The translations under genes and the position numbers were made by a program. The notes below the pieces were generated by a model that ran no database searches, was not told the origin of the DNA, and was given only the letters and a program-made list of their open reading frames with translations. A DNA stretch of 63,809 bases, counting the filler, from Sphacelaria rigidula (lineage: Eukaryota): assembly GCA_964200075.2 (NCBI GenBank). It is 11 parts of 11 records of this genome, joined end to end, with 100 filler letters (N's around TTAATTAATTAA, not from the genome) between each part and the next. Parts side by side here need not be neighbours in the genome. Positions count along the whole stretch, not along the records: positions 1 to 5,710 come from CAXNAA020025062.1; positions 5,811 to 11,520 come from CAXNAA020025063.1; positions 11,621 to 17,330 come from CAXNAA020025064.1; 8 more parts are not named here. One strand, 5' to 3'. This document shows, piece after piece, positions 1 through 11,849 of this stretch; the first letter of the stretch is position 1; the number at the start of each line of letters is the position of its first letter.

Positions 1-2577
1 CCGACGGAATCCACAAAACATCACTACTGCCAACACGCACGCGAAACAAACCATCGTCAGCCAAAGTAGCTTGATGAAAGTCGTAGGAAAAGAATGAACA
101 CCTTCGCCGACTTTTTTGCGCTGCGCGGTACGAATGACATCTAACGAGTGCAGCGAATCATCGGCATCACACGGGCTGTACACGGCAACAGAACGAACAG
201 GCGTGGCAGGAACCTTCACCAAGCGAGACAACAAATCTCCCCAACAATTGTGCTCTCCAGGAATGTGTTCAATGAATATGACATACCGATATTGTTGTTG
301 GGCTCCCAGTAACTCCCGCATGTCTTCTTGACTTGGCCTCACCCGCGGAGACTGTTCCACTTGTGCGTTCACCGCGTGATAGTCACTGACCACACGGAAT
401 TCGTCCCTCTTCGGCACCGTCATCGCCGGACTCGACCACACAGCTTGGATGTTCCTCACCACTAAACCAAACGACACCAAAGCTGCGATGCATGAGGCGC
501 GCCACCCGGTCTTCACCGGATCATAGCGTCTGAGCTTGGCCTTCACCGCATTTGCCTATGGCTTGAGATTTACCCTCATGGGCGCTACGCGCGCTGGCGG
601 GTCACCATGCAGCGTACAACAAAATGTATTCACGCGACGAGCCAAAATATCACGCAGACAATGTGCGCCATCGGCGCGCAGGCACTTCTGCTCGGCCTGC
701 TGCACGCTATCCTTGAGCGCACGTTCTCTTGCACCTCTCCTCCGCTGGGTCCACAAACATGCCGGGTCCCCGATCGACCAAACGCTCCACCACTTCATCC
801 GCAGGAGCCTTCTCCTCATTGGCGCTCTGGGATGACCGTATGGATACGGTGACACGCCTTGCAGCAAGATAGCTGGGATTTTCCAGACCGGTTTGCACCG
901 GCACAGCACGCGGACGTAACTTATCCAACGCTAGAGGGTACAAATCAATCCCAAGCTCCTTCATCGTCGCCATCCCAAATAGAACCACGCTGTCCCTACC
1001 GGGCATGACAGAGAAAGTAATGGGCTACAACTCCACAGCCCCCCACGGCGTACGCGTGCTAACAGTACTCGACACCATTTTATGTGTAACCGTCACGGGA
1101 GCACCCGTGGTGGTCTGTGCCGTCTGCGGTCCGTCTTCGAATGTAATCTGAAGCTGAGCGCCGCCAAACTGTCAAGACATCTGTTCTAGCAACCCCATAC
1201 CGATCGATGTGAGCGCGGACCCAGAATCCAGAATAACGCGGGTCATAAACGAACCTACAGAACCAAGCAAGGGAAGATCTGCGCGTAAGCATTCTCCGGT
1301 GCGATCGGCAGGCACCACGCCTGCCGAAGAATCTTGGTCGGCACCAAGAGTCACTTGACGCCAAGGGCTGCCCTCCAGCACTTGGCATCGATAACTGAGA
1401 ATCGTCGGTCCAACCAGACCAAGTCGCCGAATATGCAGACGGCGCTGTTACAGCCGTCGCAGCAGTAGAAGATGCACCAGACACCGATCCTGCCTGGCCG
1501 AGGGGTTGCGAACTATTTGATCCAGCACTCCCCACCGACGTATTTGCATTCCCCACTTACACTGTCCGCCCCGCTACGGATGAACCATAAGATCCAGAGT
1601 CACCACCTGATGACGTAGCGGAAGAAACAACTGCGGAGGAACCACCATCCGCCGCCGATTGCTTGCTACCGCGGCCGCCGCGCCCGCGTCCCTGATTGGC
1701 ACGACGCCGTCCACTGTGACGACCGCCTCGAAATCCTGATGAATCTCACGCATTTCCTTCAGGAGCGCCTTGAACGCGAGACTTGGGGCAATCCTTGATC
1801 AGATGTCCGGTGTCGCCGCAGTTGTAACATGCGCGAGTGGACGACGCTCGCGAAGACGGCTGCTGTTTCTGTTGCTGTTGTTGTTGGCGGCGCGCACTAC
1901 CTGCACTTGTTGCAAAATCGCGCCGGTCATGTGCTTCAATGACATTCCACTGGTCGGCGGCATCAAATATTTTGTTCAACACCACCGTCGGATTATTTTT
2001 CTATCAGTCTACATACGTTGGCACGCTTCTAACATACGCCTTGAATTCCGGGGGCGAAATCCCGTCCACCAAAGCTGTGGAAACCGACTTGGCCGGGCCT
2101 TGCAACCAGCTCCTGTCCTCCGCACGGTACATGGCTTGCACCGTGTGGTTTTATGCGAAAAACGTTTCCATCGATGAACTGACCATCATCGCACGATCCC
2201 TCACGGATATTCCACCGCTTTGTGGCATGATAAGAACTCTACGTAGGTCTGCTGCAGCCCGCGCAGTGTCATGCTTGCCGCCGGTTGTGGTGTACGCGGC
2301 ATGCTGCTTCACAGCATAAAGCAATTCGTCGGGGGCCATAGCCTGACGGTCCTTGTACATATCTTCGAAGCACTGGTGAATGTAGGTAGGGATGAGTTGT
2401 CCGATGCTTACCCTGGCATGCCTTATGATTACTGTTGCGTTGGCCAAATGCAACCTCTGAATAGTCGACATGTGCGGCATGATGAACTTTTGACGCCTCT
2501 TCAGTCCACACTTCGCCATCCTTTGGCGGCTCTAGTGGCTCACCCAACACCAGCAGTGCTGCCGCTGCTTGAGCCAC
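1..2577 (-). mobile_element. Degenerate Ty3/Gypsy LTR retrotransposon internal region (gag, protease, truncated RT/RNase H); runs off the window start
   Basis: Minus-strand translation gives a gag-like region starting MAQAAAAL (2577) with a CCHC knuckle CYNCGDTGHLIKDC (1788-1829). It continues with an aspartic protease motif VILDSGS (~1217-1237), an RT N-terminus (WSSPAMTVPK..FRVVSDY.AVN, ~340-450) and an RNase H C-terminus (IEHIPGEHNCWGDLLSR, ~220-275), then a probable pre-integrase segment (..VLWIP). Frameshifts and an in-frame TAG at 556-558 are present. The domain order is Gypsy-type. Confidence 0.9.
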
Positions 2578-2599
2578 GTCTAGAATTCACCACTTCACG

Positions 2600-3000
2600 G
2601 ACAGACCCTTGCCTGACTTGTGCGTCCTCCAGCCCACGGAGCTGCTGTGCGCTTCAAGTTGGCTTCAAGTTGTGGCCTCTTCGACTGCAGGCCAAGCTGA
2701 CTTCCAGCTGCGGCCCCTCCCCCCAGCCAAACTCCTCCAACAGGGTGCCAAAAAGAATATCTAGATATTCAAGCCTCTGCCAGACGATCCGAACAAAGGG
2801 ACTATCCTCCAGGGACTCCTCCAGTAGCACTGGCCTCGTGCTCGACAAGTGCTTCCTTCTCACTTCCTATCATCATGGAGTGACCCTCAGCAGACCACAT
2901 CACGGGCCAGCAGGAAGGGGGCACACAGATAAGGGCCAACTATCCAGGATCCCCTGTCCCCTGCCACTGCTCCAATCTTGCATGCGATTATACTAAAACC
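2600..3000 (-). mobile_element. Probable LTR/5' leader of the Gypsy element
   Basis: Lies immediately upstream of gag. 2773-2822 (gcctctgccagacgatccgaacaaagggactatcc..gggactcctccag) resembles 11463-11515 on another contig. LTR boundaries were not resolved. Confidence 0.4.
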
Positions 3001-3439
3001 TACGGCTTGGTATTAGTTGATACAGATCTCTGTACTTTCCGTACTGACATTGGTCACGGACATTTGGATTTTGATGAGAACAGTTGAAAAACTGTGGCTG
3101 GTTAAAGCCCATCAGCACATCAGAAAAGACCACTTCATGTCGAGTTACGCCGACAACGTTTCGCGGGGGGTTTACTGACGTTTCGTTCTGTTTGCCTCAC
3201 GATTTCTGACGCCAACGCGAACAAGAAGAAAATAACGTGTTACCAAGCCTCTTTACGCCGACCTTGTCGCTGCTTCAAGTCGAAAACCGATATGTGTGGA
3301 CAAAAAGGACAGCATGAAAAGAACACAAGCAGGCAATGACGGGCCGTCTGTTGTCATGTTGGACAGCGTGTGCTACGGTTTTGCTCCTGACTGTGTCCCA
3401 GTACTCCTCCATAAATTTGTCCGTTCATCATCGCCCTGC

Positions 3440-3484
<45 letters not shown>

Positions 3485-3586
3485 ACCCCCCCCACCCCCC
3501 ACCCCCCCACNNNNNNNNNNGACAGCGTGTCTTCCGGTTTTGCTCCTGCTTTGTTCCCCGTACCCCCCCATAAATTTTCCCCTTCA

Positions 3587-3624
<38 letters not shown>

Positions 3625-5057
3625 ACCCCCCCAACCAATCATCCACCTACCAACCAACCCATTGCATTGCAGGTAGATAGCAATACACCTCCAAGAAGCA
3701 AGGGGTTCGTGGATCGACACGTGCGAACAGAGGGGTCGGGTCTCCGGAAGGCTATCTTGGCTCGACTCCACACATTCGAGGAGGAGTTTAGTGCGAAGTA
3801 AACTCGACAAGATGGCGCAACTTGTTCGGTCTTGTGTGGCTTGTGAATGTTTTGTTGTTTTTATTCTAGTGTTCATTGATGCTGCGTGTCGTACAAAGGG
3901 GCGTAAAAATTCGACTGTGCAACCGCCGCTTTCAATTCCGTATTGCCCGTGTTTCGAGAATTGAATCGTGAAGTGATGAACAAAATCTGCTGTCGCTACT
4001 GCTGTGCACTGTGTTGGTGCGTCATATAAGAGAGTGGAGATTGCATGGAATCGAAATCGTTCGACCCGCGGTAGCTTGAATGCCAAAATTTTAGTCCATA
4101 CTATACCCGCGGTCCGCTCCATTGCAACCTCCCTAAAATCAACATCCCGCGAGAGAGTTTGCATTAAAAAAAACCTTTGCCATGAGATTCGATAACTTCG
4201 TGTGCAGCGCAGGCCTGCAAATATTGTGCCCACTTAGTTATCACAGCGAGAGCCAACGTCGTGGATCGTGCCCTGCGACAATCCAACGTGGACTACACCG
4301 ACACGGCTGTTTACATGAGGCCCTCGTTTCTTGAGTGGAAATTGGGTATTGAGCAGTTCGCCCATCGCCTAGACTGACATGACCTTACCCATGTGTGGGA
4401 ATCAGAGTGCGCCGACGACCAACCGTGGCATCAAGACGAAAAACATGTATTGTCGGTCAAATTTGCCTCGATTATTTGCACACGCCAATAAAAATGTTGG
4501 AAAAACAGACGCGCAACTACGGATTTTTCGACGTTGGACACTATACACGCTCATGCGTAATAACACGAAAGGCAAGACCAGGCAGCGGGTGGAGGGGGGG
4601 TGTATTCCAATTTTCAAATTGGTTGTTGTCTCAGGCTATTCCAGATCCGGTATTGGGTTTTTGTGACAGAAAAACGAGCAGAACTTTTCGAGAACTTTTC
4701 ACAAAACAAACAGAACTTTTCGAGAACCGCTCAAAAGATTACCCGATCTGCTGGAGTACAAGGTAGTACACTCAAGTCAAGATAACTTTGCAGTGGTGTA
4801 TGAAGAACAGAGAACTACTCTGAACACAAGATAATACGGCAGTCCTGCAGTGTTTTCTAGTTTTGAAACCTGTTACATCTTGGTTTACAAAGAGACCACG
4901 AGAAATCATGCGCCCTTCTAATCGCGTTCCGCACGAGAACAAGGAGCAACAGCAGCAGTATCGGCAGCATCTTTACCGCCAGTAGATGTACGCGCCTGGG
5001 GGTGGGTCTACATCAGTCGATGCCGATTTGTGTGTGTGTCAGCGCTGTCCAGCACGG

Positions 5058-5710
5058 TGGTTATCACTCGCAAGGTGCGTGGGTGTTGTCGCACGGTCGA
5101 AATGCGGACCGTGTACGATCAAGAGCAGCAGCAGCAGCATCGCCGCCGGTTGATTCAGACTCACCCCCAGCACGTACATTTACTGGCAATAAATATGATG
5201 CTAATACTGCTGCTACTGCTTATGCTGCTTCTTCTCGTGCGGACGGTCCACGGCACTTTACAGCCCCCCGCATACACACAAGATCTTGAGGACCTAAAAT
5301 AGTTTGATATTTCGTTGGCGTCGCGTCAGCGGCCCGAAAATCTCCCCCCAGAGCGGAAAACACCAATTTAGTACATTTGAGTTATTTGCGAGTCAGCACC
5401 ACGCTCAAACGCGAAAACTAAACTCGGCGACGTAGCTTGGGTGTGTGGGGAGCGCACCCAAGAAACCGCAGTCCAATCCCCCGCTTCGGTGTCGTATTGT
5501 AAGCGTTGCGCGATTGGCACTTTTGGGTTGAGGATCAGTAGCGTCTTTCGAGGTCGAAGATGGCAAATTTTAAAATATCGGTGCGCATGGCAAGTATCCT
5601 TGGAAGTGTCGAACTATACAGAGAACTCGCAAGGTGCGTGGGTGTTGTCGCACGGTCGAAGCGCGGACTGTCTACGATCAAGAGCAGCAGCAGCAGCATC
5701 GCCGCCGGTT
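5058..5710 (+). repeat. ~85-bp direct repeat (5058-5151 and 5626-5710) containing (CAG)n
   Basis: ctcgcaaggtgcgtgggtgttgtcgcacggtcgaa...gagcagcagcagcagcatcgccgccggtt occurs twice, near-identical; the second copy ends at the contig break. Confidence 0.8.
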
Positions 5711-5810
5711 NNNNNNNNNNNNNNNNNNNNNNNNNNNNNNNNNNNNNNNNNNNNTTAATTAATTAANNNNNNNNNNNNNNNNNNNNNNNNNNNNNNNNNN
5801 NNNNNNNNNN
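5711..5810. other. Artificial contig spacer; also at 11521, 17331, 23141, 28951, 34761, 40571, 46381, 52191 and 58001
   Basis: 44 N + TTAATTAATTAA (stops in all six frames) + 44 N, recurring exactly every 5,810 bp. Confidence 0.98.
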
Positions 5811-5986
5811 CACATACACCGAAAGGCGCAGACTGGTGCCCAGAATAAATGGGACGACAACACAACACACACAATTGGTCTCCTTATCGTATCCCGTCCC
5901 CTCGGAGGGGGAGGGAGGGGGAGGGATCATACACTGGGTTTGTATTTTTATTTTGTCCTCATTTACTGGTCGTTTTTTCCAATCAG

Positions 5987-8900
5987 ACGCCGCCGGACGT
6001 GGTAGAGAGGTCGCCCCATTCACACCGCGACCAGTTTTTCGAGGTGGATTCTAGCAGTGAAGATCGTGACGATACCGGAAGTAATAGCGACGGGAGCGAC
6101 AGCGAGGGGGAGAGCATGCCACGGGCTCCGAAGGTGAAATTGGCTTTCTTTATTGTTGTGTACTTGAGCAATACTGGCAGGGTGCGTGGCCGGCATTTCT
6201 GTCTTTGTACTCTCCGATGGTGACTGAATAGTAGTCAGCCCATTTGTTGGATGAATTTGACACACACGTTCGCGGAGGCTGACACACACGTTTGCGGAGG
6301 CTCCTTTGCTCGCGACTTTTCTCCTCCCCCCGCCCAAGGCGTGATTTAGCCTCCCATCTCATGTTGTTTCCTCTCTTTTGTGATGTTGCTTTTTGCTTCG
6401 TTTTGTTTCTAAGGCCAGAGTGGTTTGCACTGGTTGCGTGTTTTCCCTTCTTGTTTTTTATTCGTTGTCTATGTGCGATGAGCTATGATGTGGTCTGTTC
6501 AAAAGGAGGACTTACCTGCATGGGTGTGGGCTGTGCGCCCCCAACTTACTCCTTGTGCTACTGCTACTGCCACTGCCACTGCTGTTGCTGCTGCTGCATC
6601 GCCTTGTGTGTGTTTGTGTACTATTATTGCCATAATGTATGTTTCCGATCGCTCGCCCATAACTCGCTCTGCGGTCGTTTGTCAAAACCGGATGGTGACA
6701 CACACGCACCCACCCACGCTTGCACGTGAAAAAAAATGGCGGGACTTGAAACAGGCACGTGTGAAGAAGACACGAACAAGCGGTGTGGCATGGACACCCC
6801 GTCGCGGCAACAACGCCCAACCCCGAGGCGCCGCCGGCGCTCGCGCGGTACCGGAGGATGGCGCGACCGCGGGCTGGAGCTCAGAGGACGCAGGGAGCGG
6901 CGTGCGACAAGAAGTCACCGACAACCGTGGCGGCGGCAGCAGCGGCGGCCGACGAGATGCCGGGGCGGCGTCGACCACGGACGCAGATAGCGATGATGAT
7001 ATGGCGGATCACTTCCTGGGATCCGAGTCACCGTCGGCGGAGGCGCGGCGACCGTTCCATAACAACCAGCGACGAAGATACCGACTGCGACGGCATATGT
7101 TGCTCAAGCGCGCGCGGAACGCGGGGAAAGGTGCGAGCGGCGTGAAGGACGGGAAAGGGAGCGGGAGTCGCGGGACTTCGTCTGGGGAAGGGTGGGCCGC
7201 GCCGCCGAGGGTACCGTTGTCTGAGGTGGTCGGCGTGAATTCCGGGGGGCCGTCCGGGAGGAGGGAAGGGGAAGCTGGTCACGATCCAGAGACGTACGGT
7301 TTGTTCGTGAATCTGGTGGAGCGTATGTTGGATCACAGGCCCGAGACCAGGTGAGGTATTGTGACGGGTAGGTGAACGGTGGTGGGGCCGTTGTGACTTC
7401 GATGTTTGGAGGGAGGAAGGGGGGCAGGGGAGCAGGGTGTTGATGTAAGTTTGCTAGTTGGCGTTGATATTTTCTTGGGTTTTGATTGATGTAATGCCAC
7501 GCGGTACGTTGATGTCGGCGTTGATGTGTTATGTTGGTTTCTCCAAGCAACATACGAGTGTGTAGATCGGGAGAAAGAGGCATGTTCGTTTTCTTTTTGT
7601 CAACATACCCGTACATGTAACCGTCCCCCACTAAGCTTGATCCTGATTGACTTTGAGGGCGCATTTGTTCTTGTGCCGTTGAAAACGCCATCAAGTCTGT
7701 TGTCATGCGGTATACGTAAGCATTATTTCTCACTCTAAGTCAGAGAGTCAACATCTGGCCTCCTCAAGTGCCGTTTCCTCACCCCTTCCTCCGCCTTCCT
7801 CCGCTTTCCTCCCACCTCCTACCATTTCTCGCGCACGGAAAATAACAGGATAACGCCGGCGGAAGCTTTGCGCCACCCATTCCTTGAAGACCCGCCACCA
7901 TCGCATGTGCCACCGAAGATGCCGAACGCAATAGAATCCAGCGCCGTGGAATCATGGCTGGGCCCGAACAACTCCTTCGCAAGCGGTAGTGGCACCGATA
8001 GTTACCACCGCGAACACCCCACGACGCCGGCTAGCGTTGCGGACAGTGGCGGGGACGCGGCCGTGACCACCGTAGGAATAGCAGAGAGTGACACGCCGTT
8101 GCCGTTGCCGCCACCGCCACGCGGCGGTGCAGGGATCGGTAGCAGTAGCGACAATGGCGGCGACGATGATGATGACCGAGGCCGTGGTGAAGGGCTCGGA
8201 TCGTCGTCGGTTCACCCCACGGAGCAAAGACCGCGTTCCGCCCCAGAGGGCCGCGGCCGCGGCGGCCGTGGTGGCCGCCGCGGTGGGTGCAACTCCGGCG
8301 GCAGCGGCAGCGGCAGCGGGAGTGCGTCGATGGTTGATGTCACCGCCGCCGACGTAGGGCGAGGAAGACGAAGTCCTCCTGAGGGCAGCGAGAACAACCA
8401 CGACGGTAGCCTCACCGGCGGTGGTGGTGTTGCTCCCGCTGCCGCCGCGCTCGCAGACCAATCCGCCGAGCGACGAAATAGGTACCGGGGTCACGGTAAC
8501 GCGCACGACCGAGAAGTCGCGGACGGTGGTCCTCGGACTCCGAGACTCGGTAGCGGCGGCAGCTCCAGCGGCGGCATTAGTTGGTGCGGGAGCGGCGTGT
8601 CTGGCGAAAAGGGCAGTGGGGGTGGATCTAGTAGTAGTGGTGGCGGACGCGGCGGCGGCAAGGGTGCCGGTGCGTCGCGATCCGGATCCGGATCGAACGG
8701 GCGATTTTCCGGGGTGAGACGGGTACGCGGCGGTAGTGGCGATAGCGGGGGTAGCGGGGGTAGCGGCGCAACTTGTGACAGTTCGGCGAAACGGCCGGGT
8801 CAGCGAAGTCGGAAAGAACCTACACACGCGGCCGCAGGGGATGTTGGCTCGGACCCGCCTCATGCTGGGCAGCGTCGGAGGACGAGGAACAACCAACACC

Positions 8901-9127
8901 CTGCGGGAGCACGTCAAGTCGGTCCGGTTTTGTCGCCGACTCGCGCTACCGGCGGCGCTGTCGCCATGGAGACCAGGAGAGGCAGGGCGGTCAGGCGAGG
9001 GCAGGGGCGATTGCCTGGAGAAGTTGGAGGCCGGGCGGCGGCGGAGGGGCACGTAGAAGCGACCTCAGGCGTGGCTGAACTGTCGTTGCATTCGAGCCGT
9101 AGTGGTAGCCGACGGTATTACGGATGA
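5987..9127 (+). CDS. DYRK1: DYRK1/minibrain-like dual-specificity protein kinase, 3' part (subdomains X-XI plus a long Gly/Ser/Arg-rich tail)
   Basis: Exons 5987-6133, 6755-7350 and 7849-9127 have AG/GT borders and matching phases (0, 2). The spliced peptide reads TPPDVV..FFE...VGVNSGGPSGRREGEAGH..Y.LFVNLVERMLDHRPETR|ITPAEALRHPFL. This matches the DYRK1A signature GVETGGPGGRRAGESGH..Y.KF.DL..RMLDY.P.TRI....AL.H.F. The 5' exons are absent from this contig. Confidence 0.85.
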
Positions 9128-10513
9128 TGGAGCAACTGGATGTGTGTGTTTTATTTTTTTGTTCGTCGGTTTCCTCATTTTGTTGCGTTTTAGTCGAAGA
9201 GTATTATTTTGTGTGTGTGGGGTGGGGGGGTTTAGAGATCTGTTGTGGGCCTTGCTGTGTGTGATTCGGTTGTATGCCCTGCTTGCGTCCGTGCGTCCGT
9301 GCGTGCGTCCGTGCGTGCGTGATTACCGTGCCGTGCCTGTTCGGAGAACAAGTATGTTCCATCTGTACGTGCTGTCACTGCACGTACCAAACGTGTTGGA
9401 TGTCATGTTTCTTATTCTGTTTTTTTCATGTTGAGGGGAAGATGTTTTTACCCGACGGCCTCGTTTCGAGTGCCGTATGTCGCTGACTTTTTCGTGAACG
9501 AAGTGTCTTAACTGTGGATTTTTGCAGAAATAATGTGAATAACTCTTCTGTGTGTGTTGTAGCCGGGTTGGTTCAAGCAAATCTAACCGGCCAAGTCAAG
9601 TGAAACTCGAAGCCTGTATGGTAAGTTTAGTGATGTTTTTTTTTTCGTTTTTTTTTTTTTCTGGTTGTGGACATTGTCGACTTAAAGGAACCAGGTGCTT
9701 CGCTGTTTGCGTAGAAGTCGGCGCATCTACGAGTTCACTCGTTCCTCCTGTTAAAACAAGTGCAAGTAGGGGTAAAGCGTCATTATTTGAACTTATTTCG
9801 CGGTGGGTGTTGTGGCTATCCTCTGTTGGCCACCAGTTGGCCGCTGGTTCAGGATTTTGTCCTCTGTGTATTTTATTGTTGGACATATTTCGCCTGTATT
9901 TTCGCTCGGTATCCCGTGTGTTTGTTTCCGCTGGTGTCGTTGAACCCTGTGATGAAGTATCGCAAATGCATGAGCAACTTTGTGCTCCTGTGATTGGCAA
10001 CGAGAGGCGCAGTGTTTTTGTGGCGGGTCAGTATCCTGTTGGCTTTTGCTGCTTCAGTGTGCGGCACCGTTGGTCATTGTTCAGTATACGGAGATTGCGT
10101 CGTTGAGACGCACGTGAGCCTGACACTGGTCACAAGAAGGAAATCGCCATGTTATGTGCTGGTCATGAAAAACCCACTGAAACTCTTGCTTCAGCGCAAG
10201 GGTTGACATAGATATGTCTTACTCCAGGCACCATACCTTCTCCTTCCCAGTCGTTCTTGGCCGTAGAGAGAAAATTGAGGCACCGGTTGAAGAAAATCTC
10301 CTTGAAAGAAGTACGAAGACCTTTTTTGCGAGCAGCTGCATCATTCGCAGGCGTGCTCCGCAGTACGTGGTGGGCAACTGGTTAGGGACTGTACGTTCTC
10401 TAACCTCCCCCTCATTGTAACTCCAAAGATCACCTCCTCACTGGTATTTGTGATCACCGCATCGGTTCGATTTTTCTGACTCATTATCAACTCGTACCAA
10501 TCTCTCAAAAACA

Positions 10514-11295
10514 TCAGTACTTACCACGGGGCTTGGGGACGGGACGGGAATGATTTCCCTCGTGAGCAAACAAGTGATGGGACGGGACGAGACGGGACGG
10601 GACGAGACGGGACGGGACGGGACGGGACGGGAGCGATTTCCCTTCGGCGAAAATGACAGTGTAGGGCGGAATTTTGGGAGACTGACGGGACGGGACGGGA
10701 AGTTCCATTTCGTCCTGTCCCTTCCCGTTGCATCCTTTCGAGAATATGTGTGTAACGCCCTTGAAACGAGCACAACGATTCCACATTTTTTTAAGAATCA
10801 CCAGTGTTGAGACGTCGTGGAAGATCCCACAACAGCAGTTCGATCGACTTTCAATTGCGGCGGACGGGAATGCAGTCCTACCCCGTTCTGTCCTGAAATC
10901 CTGTCACGAGCCCTGCTTAAGATACTCGTAGTTGCGACCGTGCATCTTCTGTGTTGTGAAATGTAGGTGAAGAACAGGCTGTTGACGGGACTAGACTCTG
11001 AAAATGACAAGAGGTTCCCACATCCAATATTGATGAGTGAAGATATACTAAGGAACCCGTCAGATTAGGCGGGAATTCCTGTTCCGTTGACGAGAAGTCG
11101 GGTCCAACCTGACGGGTTTTCTCCCGTGTAGAATATAGAGAATTCCCGCGAGGACGAAACCGGACGGGAACTCACCCCTTGGGTTGGGACGGGACGGGAG
11201 GCGTTTCCATAGCCAAAAGCACGAATGGACAGTAATTCCCGTCCGATGATATATCCCATGGGATTTTTTCCCCCTGTCAGGCGCCGGAATACAGT
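10514..11295. repeat. (GACGG)n-rich dispersed repeat, probably a non-autonomous transposon
   Basis: Runs of gggacgggacgagacggg at 10535-10700 and 11150-11200; the ORFs here are only RPVP/TGRD repeat read-through. Confidence 0.55.
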
Positions 11296-11305
11296 ATACA
11301 TATTT

Positions 11306-11520
11306 GTGTGAAGTCTAGGATCGTACTTCCACCGTCAACCAACTTCATTCCGGAAGTCTGACCATTTCTGGTAGCCGAACTCCTTGGATTTGTTTGAAGA
11401 ATCTTCCCGTCCCCCTGCCAACTGTATAGTCTAAACTAGTATTAAAAATGGATGTGGTGTGTAGCCTTTGCCAGACGATCTGGACAAGAGGGCTATTCAG
11501 TGAGGGACTTCTCCAGAATC
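11306..11520. mobile_element. LTR-like fragment related to the 2600-3000 region
   Basis: Starts TGTG; 11463-11515 resembles 2773-2822; truncated by the contig end. Confidence 0.35.
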
Positions 11521-11718
11521 NNNNNNNNNNNNNNNNNNNNNNNNNNNNNNNNNNNNNNNNNNNNTTAATTAATTAANNNNNNNNNNNNNNNNNNNNNNNN
11601 NNNNNNNNNNNNNNNNNNNNAAGGGAACTGGCGTTTTCCCCCCCACCAACCCAACCCCTCCAAAGTTTTCCCCTATTTACACCCGCCCCCTTGCTCTTTC
11701 CCCCCCCCCCCCCCCCCA

Positions 11719-11786
11719 TGCTCCGTCTCGACAGGGATGTGTGGTAATCGTTCAAACGACTAAGGCAAGCAACAAAGGAGTACGCC
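11719..11786 (+). mobile_element. Short copy of the poly(C)-associated element
   Basis: tgctccgtctcgacagggatgtgtgg..gactaaggcaagcaacaaaggagtacg with C-tracts on both sides, ~65 bp upstream of the acceptor at 11849. Confidence 0.75.
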
Positions 11787-11849
11787 CCCCCCCGTCCTCC
11801 TCCCCCACGCTGACTGACTCACTGATCGGTCTCTTTGCCATGCACGCAG

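Noticed and set aside
3361..3660. Apparent duplication around the 10-N gap, with poly-Pro and poly-Gly ORFs
   Set aside because: 3521-3620 is an error-rich copy of 3362-3480 ending in the same poly(C). This looks like a low-quality read overlap, not a real duplication or gene.
7952..9052. 366-aa antisense ORF
   Set aside because: Shadow of the GC-rich, low-complexity DYRK tail exon; no recognisable motifs.
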